Assembly (NCBI GenBank): GCA_012522765.1
Contig: JAAYJW010000193.1
Coordinates: forward strand, 1 to 63,014
Source: a candidate division WS1 bacterium
Lineage (GTDB): Bacteria > Armatimonadota > Zipacnadia > Zipacnadales > UBA5352
Direction of reading: 5' to 3'
Length of the DNA stretch: 63,014 nt
Part shown: piece after piece, positions 46,079 to 56,857 of the stretch
Layout of the letters: each line of letters begins with the position of its first letter
Position numbering within the stretch: position 1 is the first letter of the stretch
Made by a program: the position numbers and the translations under genes
Notes under the pieces: model-generated
The model's database searches: none
What the model saw: the letters and a program-made list of their open reading frames with translations, nothing else
Told to the model about the DNA's origin: nothing

Positions 46079-46576
46079 TCAGCCTGCGACCGCGTTGTAG
46101 CTGTAGAAACCGGCCACGGAAAGCGCGGTGACAATGATGCTGGCTATCACGACCCCGATGGTCAGGCAAATGACCGCTCGCCAGAAGCTCATTTCGAAGA
46201 CGGCGGCGACCAGCGCGCCGGTGTATGCGCCCGTGACCGGCAGCGGCACCGCCACAAAGAGCGTGAGGGCGTAGACCCCGTACTTGTCCACCATCGGCTT
46301 CTTCGCTCGCGCGCGGGCGATCAGCCGGCGCACGATGCCTGTGAATATGCCCCGAGCGATGAGCCAGTCGGCGATGCGGTTGAACCAGAGCAGGATCGGG
46401 ATGACGATGAGCACGTTTGCGATGATGGCGATCGGGAGGATCTCCGCGAGCGGTAGCCCCTGCGCCATTCCTACGGGGATTCCGCCGCGGACCTCAAAGA
46501 TCGGGAGCGCCGAGACGATCGCCACCTTCAGCAGCGGGGGCAGCCCCGCCAGCGCTCCCAGTATAGCCTCTTTCAC
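46079..46576 (-). CDS. COG2426 small multidrug export family membrane protein
   Basis: SALPIFEVRGGIP and LFVAVPLP.TGAYTG.L.A motifs; GTG start after GGAGG. Confidence 0.85.
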   Translation of the reverse strand: MKEAILGALAGLPPLLKVAIVSALPIFEVRGGIPVGMAQGLPLAEILPIAIIANVLIVIPILLWFNRIADWLIARGIFTGIVRRLIARARAKKPMVDKYGVYALTLFVAVPLPVTGAYTGALVAAVFEMSFWRAVICLTIGVVIASIIVTALSVAGFYSYNAVAG

Positions 46577-46659
46577 GTAGTTGCCTCCCTGGTGATTGAT
46601 ATGAAGGTGAGGTTCGCTGCGAGGTGCGCGGTACCCTTTCGGCGAATAGTGAGAAGAGC

Positions 46660-46762
46660 CGGCAATCGGGAATGGGCAATCGGCAATCGGCAATCGGGAA
46701 CGACTACGGCAACGGCCGGCAACGGCCGGGAACGGCTGGAACGGCTGGAACGGCTGGAACGG
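46660..46762 (+). repeat. Left flank of the four-helix-bundle gene: GGCAATC-type 7-mers, then (G)GAACGGC(C/T) 9-10-mers
   Basis: cggcaatcgggaatgggcaatcggcaatcggcaatcgggaac...ggaacggct ggaacggct ggaacggc. Confidence 0.9.
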
Positions 46763-46801
46763 CACGAACTCAAGTTACCTGTTCCTACGGGGGGTTCGCG
46801 G

Positions 46802-47176
46802 ATGCGCCGCGAAATCTGCGACTACAAGGATCTTGAAGTATGGCAGAAGGGCATGACCCTCGCGCGGAATGTGTACGTCGTCACGGAGAAGATGCCCTCG
46901 GCGGAGCGATACGGGCTTACGAGCCAGATGCGCAGGGCAGCGGTATCGATTCCGTCGAATGTGGCCGAGGGTTACGGACGTGGCAGCCGCGCTGACTACG
47001 CGCGTTTCGTTAAGGTGGCGCGGGGCTCTGCCGCTGAACTGGAGACACAGGTAATACTTGCTGAGAGCCTTGAGCTGCTGCATCCGGTGGATACGGCTAC
47101 GTTGTTGCAGCTCACGCTCAGCATCCGGCAGATGCTGAATGCACTCATCAGGTCACTTGAGTCCAAGCAATCATAG
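46802..47176 (+). CDS. Four helix bundle protein (TIGR02436 / 23S rRNA IVP-like)
   Basis: YKDLEVWQK, E.YGLTSQMRRAAVSIPSNVAEG.GR and F..ARGS..ELETQ motifs. Confidence 0.95.
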   Translation: MRREICDYKDLEVWQKGMTLARNVYVVTEKMPSAERYGLTSQMRRAAVSIPSNVAEGYGRGSRADYARFVKVARGSAAELETQVILAESLELLHPVDTATLLQLTLSIRQMLNALIRSLESKQS

Positions 47177-47241
47177 CCGTTTGCAGTCGTCGCCGTCGCC
47201 GTCGCCGTTCCCGATTGCCGATTGCCCATTCCCGATTGCCG
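47177..47241 (-). repeat. Right flank: reverse complement of the left flank (31-bp perfect inverted repeat at 47211-47241)
   Basis: ccgattgccgattgcccattcccgattgccg pairs perfectly with 46660-46690; preceded by gtcgcc 6-mers. Confidence 0.9.
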
Positions 47242-47289
47242 ACACGAGTCATCTTGTTTCCCGACAAATATTGAGCCCACCCAACCACC

Positions 47290-48231
47290 ATGCTTATCAA
47301 CACACGTGAAGTTCCCACCTTCGCCGTCATCGCCCTCGGCGGGTGCTGCTGGGATTACCTCGGCATCATCCCGCACTATCCCGGCGTTGATCAGAAAGTC
47401 GCGATCGCAGAACTCTCCATGCAGGGCGGCGGGCAGGCCGGCACCGGAGCGGTGGCTGTCGCACGCCTCGGCGGCAAAGTCGCCATCGTCAGCCGTATCG
47501 GCGAGGACGAGTTCGGCAGGCATATCCGCGAAACGTTCGAAGCCGAGGGGGTCGACACGCGTTGGCTGATGCAGGTCCCGGGAGCTACCTCCCAGTGGGC
47601 CTTCTGCGCGATTGACGAGACCACAGGCAAACGCACGATCTTCTACATCCACGGGACCAAGGGGAAGTTTACCCCGGAGGAACTTGATCGAGAGGCAATC
47701 CTCGACTGTCGCTGCCTGCTTGTTGACGGCCATCACAACGTCGCCGCCGCGCAGGTCGTAAGGTGGGCTCAGGAGGCTGGCGTTCCGGTGGTGCTCGACC
47801 TCGAGCGGCGGCAGGATCAGGACGATGTCCTGCTCACGAGGGCTTCCCATCCGGTCCTCCCGCACAAGTTCGCGCTCAGCTACACCGGCGAGGGCGATGT
47901 CGTCGCCGCCGGAGAGGCGCTCCTGGCCGCCGGGCCGCAGGCAGTCGTGATAACGCTCGGGCCCGAGGGCGCAGTCGGCTTTGATGCGGACGGTGTCATT
48001 CACCAGCCAGCGATTCCCATGGAGCCGATCGTTGACACCACCGGCGCGGGGGACGTCTTCCACGGCGCCTTCGCCTACGGTGTCGCGATGGGCCATGACC
48101 TCGCGGAGAACCTGCGTTTCTCCTCTGCGGTTGCAGCGATGAAGTGCCGGATGCTCGGCGGACGCGCAGGCATTCCCACCATGTCGGAGGTGCAGCGACT
48201 GCTTTCCAGCGGCCGGCCGCAGCGAATCTGA
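47290..48231 (+). CDS. PfkB family carbohydrate kinase (YihV-like)
   Basis: GGG.A...AVAVARLG, IG.D..G, T.G..G and DTTGAGD.FHGAF motifs. Confidence 0.92.
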   Translation: MLINTREVPTFAVIALGGCCWDYLGIIPHYPGVDQKVAIAELSMQGGGQAGTGAVAVARLGGKVAIVSRIGEDEFGRHIRETFEAEGVDTRWLMQVPGATSQWAFCAIDETTGKRTIFYIHGTKGKFTPEELDREAILDCRCLLVDGHHNVAAAQVVRWAQEAGVPVVLDLERRQDQDDVLLTRASHPVLPHKFALSYTGEGDVVAAGEALLAAGPQAVVITLGPEGAVGFDADGVIHQPAIPMEPIVDTTGAGDVFHGAFAYGVAMGHDLAENLRFSSAVAAMKCRMLGGRAGIPTMSEVQRLLSSGRPQRI

Positions 48232-48428
48232 GCCTGTCTCGAAAGCGCACAGGAAGAAGGCCGCGGCGCCGCGAAGGTTATTGAGCGGAACCGCGGCGGG
48301 GCAGTTGCCGCCCCCGTCGGGTTTGTGTATATTGCAGGCCACGGTGGCGGCTGAGGGTGAAGTCCCGGGTAGAGCGGTCGCGACAGGTTGATTGAGGATC
48401 TGAATCCGGTCGAGGAGGGTGATGGACG

Positions 48429-48956
48429 ATGGATGTTTGTGAGGTCATGGTGGTGGCCATCGAGATGGAGGCGGAATCGGAGCGGTTCTATCAGCAGGCC
48501 GCGAGCACTTCCTCGAACCCGCTTGCCATCCGCACCTTTGAGGCGCTCGCGGAGTGGGAGGTCGAACACAGGAGATTGCTCGAGGCCGTTCATGCTAAGG
48601 CTGAGGCGACACAGAGCTGCCCAACGCTGGCAGAGCTGGAGGCCGAAGAACTGGACATGATCGAGCACGCCGAGTTGATCTTCAAGACCGCGCTGCAGGA
48701 CGTGGACGACACGCTGGCGCATGACCCGACGCTCAGCGGCGCCTACGCCACCGCGATGGAGAAGGAGCGCAAGGCGATCGCCTTCTACCAGGAGCAGCTT
48801 GAAGCGACCGAGGATCCCAACGAGAAGCAGCTCTACGAGTTCCTGCTCAAGCAGGAGCGCGGGCACCTGAGCCTGCTGGCGACCACCGAAGAGTACCTCA
48901 ATGACACGAAGTACTGGTTCTTCAAGGAAGAAATGTGGTTCGCCACTCCGGGATAG
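48429..48956 (+). CDS. Ferritin-like / rubrerythrin family protein
   Basis: Two helix pairs with E..E...Y, E..H, A...E and E..H diiron-type ligands. Confidence 0.85.
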   Translation: MDVCEVMVVAIEMEAESERFYQQAASTSSNPLAIRTFEALAEWEVEHRRLLEAVHAKAEATQSCPTLAELEAEELDMIEHAELIFKTALQDVDDTLAHDPTLSGAYATAMEKERKAIAFYQEQLEATEDPNEKQLYEFLLKQERGHLSLLATTEEYLNDTKYWFFKEEMWFATPG

Positions 48957-49080
48957 GATGTGGCGACCTCTGGCCGGGGAGCGCTGAGAGGCTTCCCGAT
49001 GGGGATCGGATTACGGGCCGGTTGGGGTGCCCCTGCGGGAGGCACCACCGGCCCCTTCAGCATTTCAGGGAGTGTTACAG

Positions 49081-50592
49081 ATGACGCAGGGTTGCGGCTC
49101 GGGTTCTGGTTCGGAGAAACTCTGGGGTGGACGGTTCGCCTCCGATGTTGACAGCGCGATGCTCGACTTCAGCGAGTCCACAGAGGCGGACTCCTACATG
49201 ATTGCCGAGGACATCTGGGGCAGCCAGGGCCACGCCCTGATGCTCCACGACTGCGGGATCATCTCCCGCGAGCACCTCGTGGAGATACTGCGCTGGCTGG
49301 AGATCGCGCGGGAGAGGTTCGAGGCGGGCGAGCTTACGCTCAAGCGTGACCTCGAGGACGTGCACATGAACGTCGAAAGCTACCTGCGCGAGGGCGCGGG
49401 CCCTGAGGCCGGCGGCCGCCTGCACACCGCCCGCTCCCGCAATGACCAGGTCATCACGGACTTCCGGATGCGCCTGCGTCGCTACCTGTTGCAGATACGC
49501 CGGGCCGTCATAGTGCTGCGCGGGGTGCTGCTTGAGCTTGCGGCCAGTCACTCTGAGGACACCATGCCCGGCTTCACGCACACTCAGCACGCCCAGCCGA
49601 TCACCGTCGGCTTCTGGCTGGCCGCCCATGCCGCGGGCCTCGAACGCGATGAGCAGCGGCTTGCGAATGCCTTCGTGCGCACGAACCAGTGCCCGCTGGG
49701 AGCTGCGGCGCTGGCGGGCACCTCGTTCCCGACCGACCGCGAACTCACCGCGGAGTTGCTTGGCTTCGACGGCGTCATCTTCAACGCGCTCGACGCCGTC
49801 CAGTCGCGTGACTTCGCCATCGAGTCGCTCGCGGCGTTCAGCGCTCTGATGACGAACCTCTCGCGCATGGCAGAGGAGATAGTGGTCTTCTCCTCCCCCG
49901 CATTCGGGATGCTGGAGGTGGACGACGCCTTCGCTACCGGCAGTTCGATCATGCCGCAAAAGAAGAACCCTTGCGCCGGAGAGCTTGCCCGCGCGCGCAC
50001 AGCCGCCGTTCATGGGCGGCTGATGGAGCTTCTCACGCTGCTCAAGGCGCTTCCGAGCGGCTACAACCGCGACTTCCAGAACGACAAGCCGCCGGTCTGG
50101 CAGGCCTGCGAGCATGTGATTGCGACCCTGCGAGTGATGGCGCCGATGTGGCGCTCCATGACGCTGAAGCTCGAGCGCATGGCGGAGCTTGCGGGCGCGG
50201 AGTTCGCATCGGCGACGGAACTCGCGAACTGGCTGGTGCGCGAGCGCAACATGCCCTTCCGCGACTGCCACGAACTGGTCGGCTCACTCGTCGGCAGACT
50301 CGTGGCCGAGGGGCTGACGCTCGACGACCACCAGCGCGTGGCGGAGATCGTAACCGAGCTTGGTCAGCCGATCTCGGCGGAGCAGGTCGAGGGGATAGTT
50401 GACCCGGTGGAGGTCGTCCGGGCGCAGAAGAGCCTCGGCTCGACGAACCCCAGGCAGGTCCTCGCGTGCGTTGCGCAGTTGAGGTGCAACCTCGAGGAAG
50501 ACGCGTCCGATGTCGAGGCCGATCAGCAGCGACTCGATGAAGCCTATGATGAGACGATGCGGCGCGTGCGCGAAGTGCTCGGGGAGGCGTAG
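49081..50592 (+). CDS. argH: Argininosuccinate lyase
   Basis: LWGGRF, EDVH.NVE, LHTARSRNDQV.TD, PG.THTQ.AQP and GSSIMPQKKNP motifs. Confidence 0.97.
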   Translation: MTQGCGSGSGSEKLWGGRFASDVDSAMLDFSESTEADSYMIAEDIWGSQGHALMLHDCGIISREHLVEILRWLEIARERFEAGELTLKRDLEDVHMNVESYLREGAGPEAGGRLHTARSRNDQVITDFRMRLRRYLLQIRRAVIVLRGVLLELAASHSEDTMPGFTHTQHAQPITVGFWLAAHAAGLERDEQRLANAFVRTNQCPLGAAALAGTSFPTDRELTAELLGFDGVIFNALDAVQSRDFAIESLAAFSALMTNLSRMAEEIVVFSSPAFGMLEVDDAFATGSSIMPQKKNPCAGELARARTAAVHGRLMELLTLLKALPSGYNRDFQNDKPPVWQACEHVIATLRVMAPMWRSMTLKLERMAELAGAEFASATELANWLVRERNMPFRDCHELVGSLVGRLVAEGLTLDDHQRVAEIVTELGQPISAEQVEGIVDPVEVVRAQKSLGSTNPRQVLACVAQLRCNLEEDASDVEADQQRLDEAYDETMRRVREVLGEA

Positions 50593-50598
50593 CACCGC

Positions 50599-51488
50599 TC
50601 AGGCGAAGCCGTTGTCGTCGAGCCATCGGAGGAAGCCGCGAGCGCAGCGATCGAGGTTCTCGCGGCTTCCGCCTCCGCGCACCGGCGAGCATATCTCATA
50701 GGCGACGGGGCCGTCGAAGCCGCCATCGAGCAGCCCGCGCAGGAACTCGGCACTCGCCAGGTCCCCCTCCCCCATCGGCACAGCGCGAGCGAAATCCACG
50801 TCCAGTCGCCGGTAGTTCACCAGTTCAGGCTGATACTGGTAGCGCGGGAGCGCGACGTAGTCGGCGAAGGTCGAGTATACACTGTGCGGCGCCATCTCTC
50901 GCGCGGTGTCATAGGGCTTCTCGCCCCTCAGGCACGGGGACCACGGGTCGAACATCAGCGCGCAGTTGTCACGGCCCACGTCACGCAGAAGCTCCAGCAG
51001 CGCATTTGAGTGTACCGCGACGTCGTGGTGATTCTGAACGCCGATGGTGACGCCATGCTCGCCCGCGCGGTCGCAGCACTCCTGCAGCCCCACCACCGTC
51101 CGCCGCCACGCCTCCGCGACCGGCATCTCAGGCCGCTCGTATGAGGTGAAGACCCGCACAAGGCCGCAGCCCAGTGCCTCCGCCATCTCCGCAAGACGCT
51201 CGACGTAGCCCACCTGCATCTCGCCGAACGGGACCTCGCCCGCCTCGGCGCCACCGGTGAAGTTCGTGTATGCCGCCACGCAGGAGACCTCGACGGATGA
51301 CTGCGCGCAGACTTCGGCGAGCCGCATCGCTCCACCGGCCAGTCCAGTGGCGAGAGGTGCGGGCGCTTGCCCATCAACTCGATGCCCGCGTAGCCAAGTT
51401 CGGCGGAGTGAAGCACGAACTCCTCGACAGCGAGAGTCTCCTGCCCCCACAGTCCGGCATAGCTGACTGAGAAGAGAACCGGCTTCAT
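50599..51488 (-). pseudogene. Sugar phosphate isomerase/epimerase (AP-endonuclease-2 TIM barrel), frameshifted near 51322-51340
   Basis: N-terminus MKPVLFSV...GYAGIEL...PHL is in one frame and the body (QNHHD, D.W.P, G.GD, YE) in another; 890 nt plus 1 gives 297 codons. Confidence 0.75.
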
Positions 51489-51575
51489 CGTCCCTTCCTC
51501 CATCTGCAGCGTTTCATCTTCGACACATTCGATGAAGGCGGGCTCATTCCTCCGCGGCAGCGAACTCGAACCTGC

Positions 51576-53522
51576 TCACCGGTTCCCCCAGATCGCCGGG
51601 TCTGCGTTGATGTACTTCTGGCCGATCCAGATGCCCGGGATCCCAAGCTGGACGAGCACGGGCGCAAGTTGGTAGTTGGACGTGAAAGGTCCCTGGTGTT
51701 TATCGGATTTGTTGATGAAGTAGCCCCCGGAGCCGTCGGCCGTCAGCAGCGTTCCCTCGGCGTCAGGCGTGTTCGGGTGCAGGATCCACGTGTCCTTCTC
51801 CTGGGGCCCGTACATGGTGTGCGTGAGAATGATGTGCACGAGGTAGAGTGGCCCGAACTCAAATCGCTCCACGGGCTGGTTAGGCGTGCCCTCAGCCGCC
51901 GCGCCGCCCTCATCCGTCCCCGCGATCTGCGTGGTAGCCTCGGGTATCTCGATCTCGCGCACCATCGCTTCGATCAGCGCCAGCAGCGCACGGTAGACAT
52001 CCTCCTGCGGGGCAACCTTCTCCAGCGCCTCGAGCTTGTGCAGCAGGAAGCGCTGCTGCGTGATAGTGAACGCGCGCTTGAGTTGCTCCGCCGACTCCTC
52101 AAGCCGGGCGTAGAGATCGGCGCGATTGGCTCGGTTGAGGTCGCCCACCAGGTAGCGGGTCGCGTTGAGGGCGGCCTGGCCATTGCGCATGGCCGCCCGC
52201 ACCTGATCGAGCGTGGCATCGGGCGGAAGCGCCCAGAGCCGCATCCTCGCGGCCTCAAGCGAGTTGGCCGAGCGCTGGGTGCGGAACTCCAGGTCACCCT
52301 TGTTGCGGAACGCCTCCTTCAGTCTCGGCCACAGCTCTCCCTCGATCCAGGCCACGATCGGTGCTCCGAGCAATTCGACGATGATCTCGTTGCTCGTGAT
52401 CTTGAACAGCAGTTGCGCGACCTTCCGCTGCACCAGGTCATGTGCTTTGGCCCGCACCGCGCTGCGGAATGAGCTTGCATCGTGGAAGGCGAGCCCGATT
52501 TCCCGCTGCGTTATCTGATCAAGCTCCTGCTCCGCGCCGGCACGCAGACGCGAGACCGCCTCGTTCCTCACCGCCACAATGCCCTCCGTAGCCAGCAGCA
52601 CGATGAGGCCCTCCGCCTCTACCCGCTCATCCACCTTCTGCGCGAGCAGGGCCACCAGCTCGTTCCTCGCGGCCGTCGCCTCCTGCTGCAGATTGCGCGC
52701 GGCTGCATAGGCCCGCAGATCGAAGTTGATGCGCGCGCCGATGGCGCTTCCTGAGCGGTCGGTCAGCTCAAAGCACTCACGGATCAGATCAAGCTCCTCC
52801 GTCAGACCACGTCGCGTACGGGAGTTCACAAACGCGTTCAGTGTAGCCTTGAACGCCCGCCCCTCGGCGACCAGGTCATTGCCCGCCGCCTGCATATCCT
52901 GCGCCCACTGGCGCGCCTGTGCATTATCCTCCGGCTGTGTCGCCTGAAGCGCGCCGATGCGCAGATCGATGGCTGAGAGTTTTGCTCGATGATCGCGCAG
53001 AGGCTGCAGGTAAGCGGTGACTCCGGGATCGGCAGCGGGGATAATCGGCTCGGGAACTGTTTCGAGAGTCCAGTCGCCCTCAGGCAGGCCACCTTCAGTG
53101 CGGGGCCGCTCCGCCGCTGGCGCTCCCGGCGGACCGGTCCTGATCAGCGCCATCTGCGCGCGAGCCCGCACTACCGGATCGGGATCCCTCTCGGCGATCT
53201 CCTCAAGCCTGCCGGCCGCGGAGTTCGCCGCCGGCCCAATGCGCCCGAGAGCGCCGATGGCCATCCCGCGGTCAACGGCCTCATCTGCATCGAGAAGATC
53301 GAGCAATGCTGGAACGGCAGCAGCAGCCTCCGGACCGGCAGCAGCGCCGAGGACGGCCAGTGCGGCGCGCCCGAGCACCGGGTCTTCACCCTGGAGGTGC
53401 TCGATCAGCGTGCTGAGCGGGATGCCCCGGATCAAGACGTCGTCATCTGCGAGGACGGCCACAGGCGACCATACGACAGCAAGCACCAGAAGAACGCCGG
53501 CGACGAAGGCTGAACGCATCAT
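51576..53522 (-). CDS. Secreted HEAT-repeat / helical hypothetical protein
   Basis: Signal peptide ending AVLA-DD; HEAT-like repeats (AVPALLDLL, AIGALGRIG), long helical core. Confidence 0.65.
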   Translation of the reverse strand: MMRSAFVAGVLLVLAVVWSPVAVLADDDVLIRGIPLSTLIEHLQGEDPVLGRAALAVLGAAAGPEAAAAVPALLDLLDADEAVDRGMAIGALGRIGPAANSAAGRLEEIAERDPDPVVRARAQMALIRTGPPGAPAAERPRTEGGLPEGDWTLETVPEPIIPAADPGVTAYLQPLRDHRAKLSAIDLRIGALQATQPEDNAQARQWAQDMQAAGNDLVAEGRAFKATLNAFVNSRTRRGLTEELDLIRECFELTDRSGSAIGARINFDLRAYAAARNLQQEATAARNELVALLAQKVDERVEAEGLIVLLATEGIVAVRNEAVSRLRAGAEQELDQITQREIGLAFHDASSFRSAVRAKAHDLVQRKVAQLLFKITSNEIIVELLGAPIVAWIEGELWPRLKEAFRNKGDLEFRTQRSANSLEAARMRLWALPPDATLDQVRAAMRNGQAALNATRYLVGDLNRANRADLYARLEESAEQLKRAFTITQQRFLLHKLEALEKVAPQEDVYRALLALIEAMVREIEIPEATTQIAGTDEGGAAAEGTPNQPVERFEFGPLYLVHIILTHTMYGPQEKDTWILHPNTPDAEGTLLTADGSGGYFINKSDKHQGPFTSNYQLAPVLVQLGIPGIWIGQKYINADPAIWGNR

Positions 53523-53692
53523 CCTCACCACTCCCTGGCGGAGCGCCCACGACGTCCCGACTCCGTTTCGCCAGACATTCGGCGGTCTACGGCGAGTTCC
53601 TGCCCGCATCCGGGAGGATTCTGCGGAAGTAAGAGACAATGACCGTCTGCGTCGGCAGCAGGTATCAGGCGCGCCATCCGGAGGCATCCAGC

Positions 53693-55117
53693 ATGACCGC
53701 ATTCAGCTACCGTGAACTCTACTGCCCCGCGCACTTTGGCAACACACATGAAGTCATGTCCGCGGCCGAGATACGCGATATGTGCCGGGAAGCGCAGCGA
53801 TCCGGCTACACGGTCTACGGCGACTGGTTCGACTCCGCCGACCTGAAGAACCCGCTCGATAATCCCCGCAACGAGCACCTCCTGCCGCAGGAACTCTGGG
53901 AGCGCAAGCTGCGCAACTTCCGCATCGCCCAGGAGGAGGGGCTGGACACGAACCTGATGCTCACCAGCAACCACGTCTACCTGAACCAGCTCCGCCCGGA
54001 CCTGCTGGCGGACACCTCCAATGATCGCCGCATGTTCGGCCAACTGCTCTGCCCGAACATCCCCGAGGCGCGGGAGATCATCCTGCGTAACGCACGCGAG
54101 CTTTTCGAACTAATGGCCGCAGCGGGCGTGGAACTCGGCAACATCCACGGCTTTGCCTACGACTACGGCGGCTGCTCCTGCGAGAAGTGCTCGCCGTGGA
54201 TCGTGACGATGGCGAAGCTCTTCCTCGATGAGCTTGAGGTGGCGCGCGAGTTCTTCCCCGACTGCACGCCGCGGCTGATAGGTTGGTGGGTGACGGAGGA
54301 GGAGCACGAGTTTCTTGCCGACTGGGCGGATGAGCATGCGCCGGGCGTCTTCAAGTCCTGCGCGCTGCACATTCAGTACGGCAACACCCGACCCCTCGGC
54401 TCGCCGCGACTGCCGGAGGGATGTGAGCCGCATGCATTCGTGCATATCGGCTACAACAGCGTCCCGACTACACCGAAGGATGTCTACGGGATCTTCGGCC
54501 CGGTGGTGGCGCCTGAGCGACTGGAGGCAACCGAGCGCGATCTCTCCGAACTCGGCTGCACGGGCTACGTGACTTATGACGAGGGCGCGTTCGATGATGT
54601 CAATCGCGACATCTGGGCCTCACTCACCTCCGGCCGGGCACAGGGCGCAGTAAAGGTGCTGGAGGATTACGCGCGGAGGCATTTCGGGGCCGGGGATGAC
54701 GCAGCGGCGTGGGCGCAGTGGCTGACCCAGTGGAGCGAGCCGTGGGAAGTGGATCTTCCCGCCGCGCGGGCGGAGTTTGAGCGACTTGTGCAACAGCTTC
54801 CGGCGGCGGCGCTGACTACCGGCGATCGGCTGGTGCCGTCGCTAGACTGGCGGCTTGCGCAGTGGGAGTGCAAGCTGCGGCTGTTTGAGCGACTGGCGGA
54901 GATAGAGGCCGGAGATGACTGGACCGAGACGAGACTGAGCGCGGCCGATGGCTTCGTGGACGAGCTTGAGTGGATGCAGCGGCACTGCTGGGGAATCGGC
55001 CCGCTGCGCCACGCGATCCACCCGCACTTCCAGCGACCGGCGTGGTGGGCGGATTACGCCCGCCTGCGGCGGCTGCAGCGTCTGAGCGATCTCTCGCAGC
55101 TTGGCAGCGAGGTGTGA
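53693..55117 (+). CDS. Hypothetical protein, possible glycoside-hydrolase-like barrel
   Basis: 474-aa ORF with GGAGG RBS; DYGGCSCEKC..W cysteine cluster. Confidence 0.55.
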   Translation: MTAFSYRELYCPAHFGNTHEVMSAAEIRDMCREAQRSGYTVYGDWFDSADLKNPLDNPRNEHLLPQELWERKLRNFRIAQEEGLDTNLMLTSNHVYLNQLRPDLLADTSNDRRMFGQLLCPNIPEAREIILRNARELFELMAAAGVELGNIHGFAYDYGGCSCEKCSPWIVTMAKLFLDELEVAREFFPDCTPRLIGWWVTEEEHEFLADWADEHAPGVFKSCALHIQYGNTRPLGSPRLPEGCEPHAFVHIGYNSVPTTPKDVYGIFGPVVAPERLEATERDLSELGCTGYVTYDEGAFDDVNRDIWASLTSGRAQGAVKVLEDYARRHFGAGDDAAAWAQWLTQWSEPWEVDLPAARAEFERLVQQLPAAALTTGDRLVPSLDWRLAQWECKLRLFERLAEIEAGDDWTETRLSAADGFVDELEWMQRHCWGIGPLRHAIHPHFQRPAWWADYARLRRLQRLSDLSQLGSEV

Positions 55118-55145
55118 GAGAATTTATTGCAGGCCACACGTCAAC

Positions 55146-55178
55146 AAGCGGCCCCCGCCGGATTGGCAGGGGCCGCTT
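55146..55178. terminator. Hairpin after DUF1559 copy B, probable terminator
   Basis: aagcggcccccgcc-ggatt-ggcaggggccgctt. Confidence 0.65.
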
Positions 55179-55198
55179 TCGTCTTAGAGCCTGTTCCT

Positions 55199-55864
55199 CT
55201 ACATGCGGGCCGCCGCGTCGCAGTAGTCGTAGTCGAACTGGATGTCGTCATTCTGCCAGGCGCCGATAAGCCCGCCCTTGGAGAAGCTCTTCGCGTGGCC
55301 ATCGAGGAAGCCGACATTCATCTGATCGTTGTGCTCGAACTTGGATTTGCTGCCCCATGGGCGATAGCTGGAGGTTTCATTGACCTCGCACGGGCTGCTC
55401 GGATACCAGTACTGCCAGTACTCGTTCTGCTCCGTGAGCCAGACCCATTCAGCCGGTTGCTTGAGGGTCGCCATCAGCCGACCCCGAAGGTCCATGTTTG
55501 CACCGTAGCTGTTGGTCTGACTCGCCCACGCCGCCCATCTGCCAGTCCATGCGCTCTCGTTGTGCTTGTGCGAGGGGCAGACGAGGATCTGCGCGTTGTT
55601 CATGTACGGCATGATCAGGCCGAACCAGGGGCCGGGATCGGCGCCATCTTCGTAGGAGTAGTGCGTCCCCAGCGGCAGGGTCTCATCGTAGTCCTGGACG
55701 TACATCAGGCAGCCGAGCATGATCTGCTTCACATTCGAGAGACAACTCGACTGGCGCGCTTTCTCGCGAGCGCGAGCGAAGACGGGAAAGAGGATCGCCG
55801 CCAGAATGGCGATGATCGCGATAACCACCAACAACTCGATCAGGGTAAAGCCTCTCTTCTGCAT
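55199..55864 (-). CDS. Prepilin-type / DUF1559 protein, copy B
   Basis: RG|FTLIELL start; [15 protein letters not shown]. Confidence 0.92.
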   Translation of the reverse strand: MQKRGFTLIELLVVIAIIAILAAILFPVFARAREKARQSSCLSNVKQIMLGCLMYVQDYDETLPLGTHYSYEDGADPGPWFGLIMPYMNNAQILVCPSHKHNESAWTGRWAAWASQTNSYGANMDLRGRLMATLKQPAEWVWLTEQNEYWQYWYPSSPCEVNETSSYRPWGSKSKFEHNDQMNVGFLDGHAKSFSKGGLIGAWQNDDIQFDYDYCDAAARM

Positions 55865-55957
55865 CGAACCACCTCGATTACGTCGAATCTTTGCTCATTA
55901 GTGATCTCATTCCCCGCTACATCCATTTCCACCTCCCGAATTGACGCACATTATGCG

Positions 55958-55990
55958 AAGCGGCCCCCGCGGGGTGAGCGGGGGCCGCTT
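55958..55990. terminator. Hairpin after DUF1559 copy A, paralog of 55146-55178
   Basis: aagcggcccccgc-ggggtga-gcgggggccgctt. Confidence 0.65.
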
Positions 55991-56009
55991 TCGTCGGGTC
56001 CTCTGTCGC

Positions 56010-56720
<711 letters not shown>

Positions 56721-56810
56721 CTTCCACTACCTCCCGCTATCAATGCCATGTCACTGTGCTCTGTTTCCGCGCCTGAACTGCCCCACCTCCATTCCTTAAC
56801 GACCCATTTC

Positions 56811-56857
56811 ATTATAGCTTAGTCGGGCTCGCAATCAACGATCAACGCGTTTTTTTT
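56811..56857 (-). promoter_or_regulatory. Sigma70 promoter with an upstream A-tract for the DUF1559 pair
   Basis: Minus strand A8 tract, then TTGATT-N16-TATAAT. Confidence 0.6.

Noticed and set aside
46660-46762. Possible CRISPR array
   Set aside because: Units are 7-10 bp and abut each other with no unique spacers; no cas genes in the window.
46802-47176. Diversity-generating retroelement (Avd-like protein)
   Set aside because: No reverse transcriptase and no template/variable repeat pair with A-specific mismatches was seen in the window.
48990-49062. GC-rich hairpin upstream of argH as a riboswitch
   Set aside because: Only a single nested stem with no recognisable aptamer motif; it could be a terminator or stabilising hairpin.
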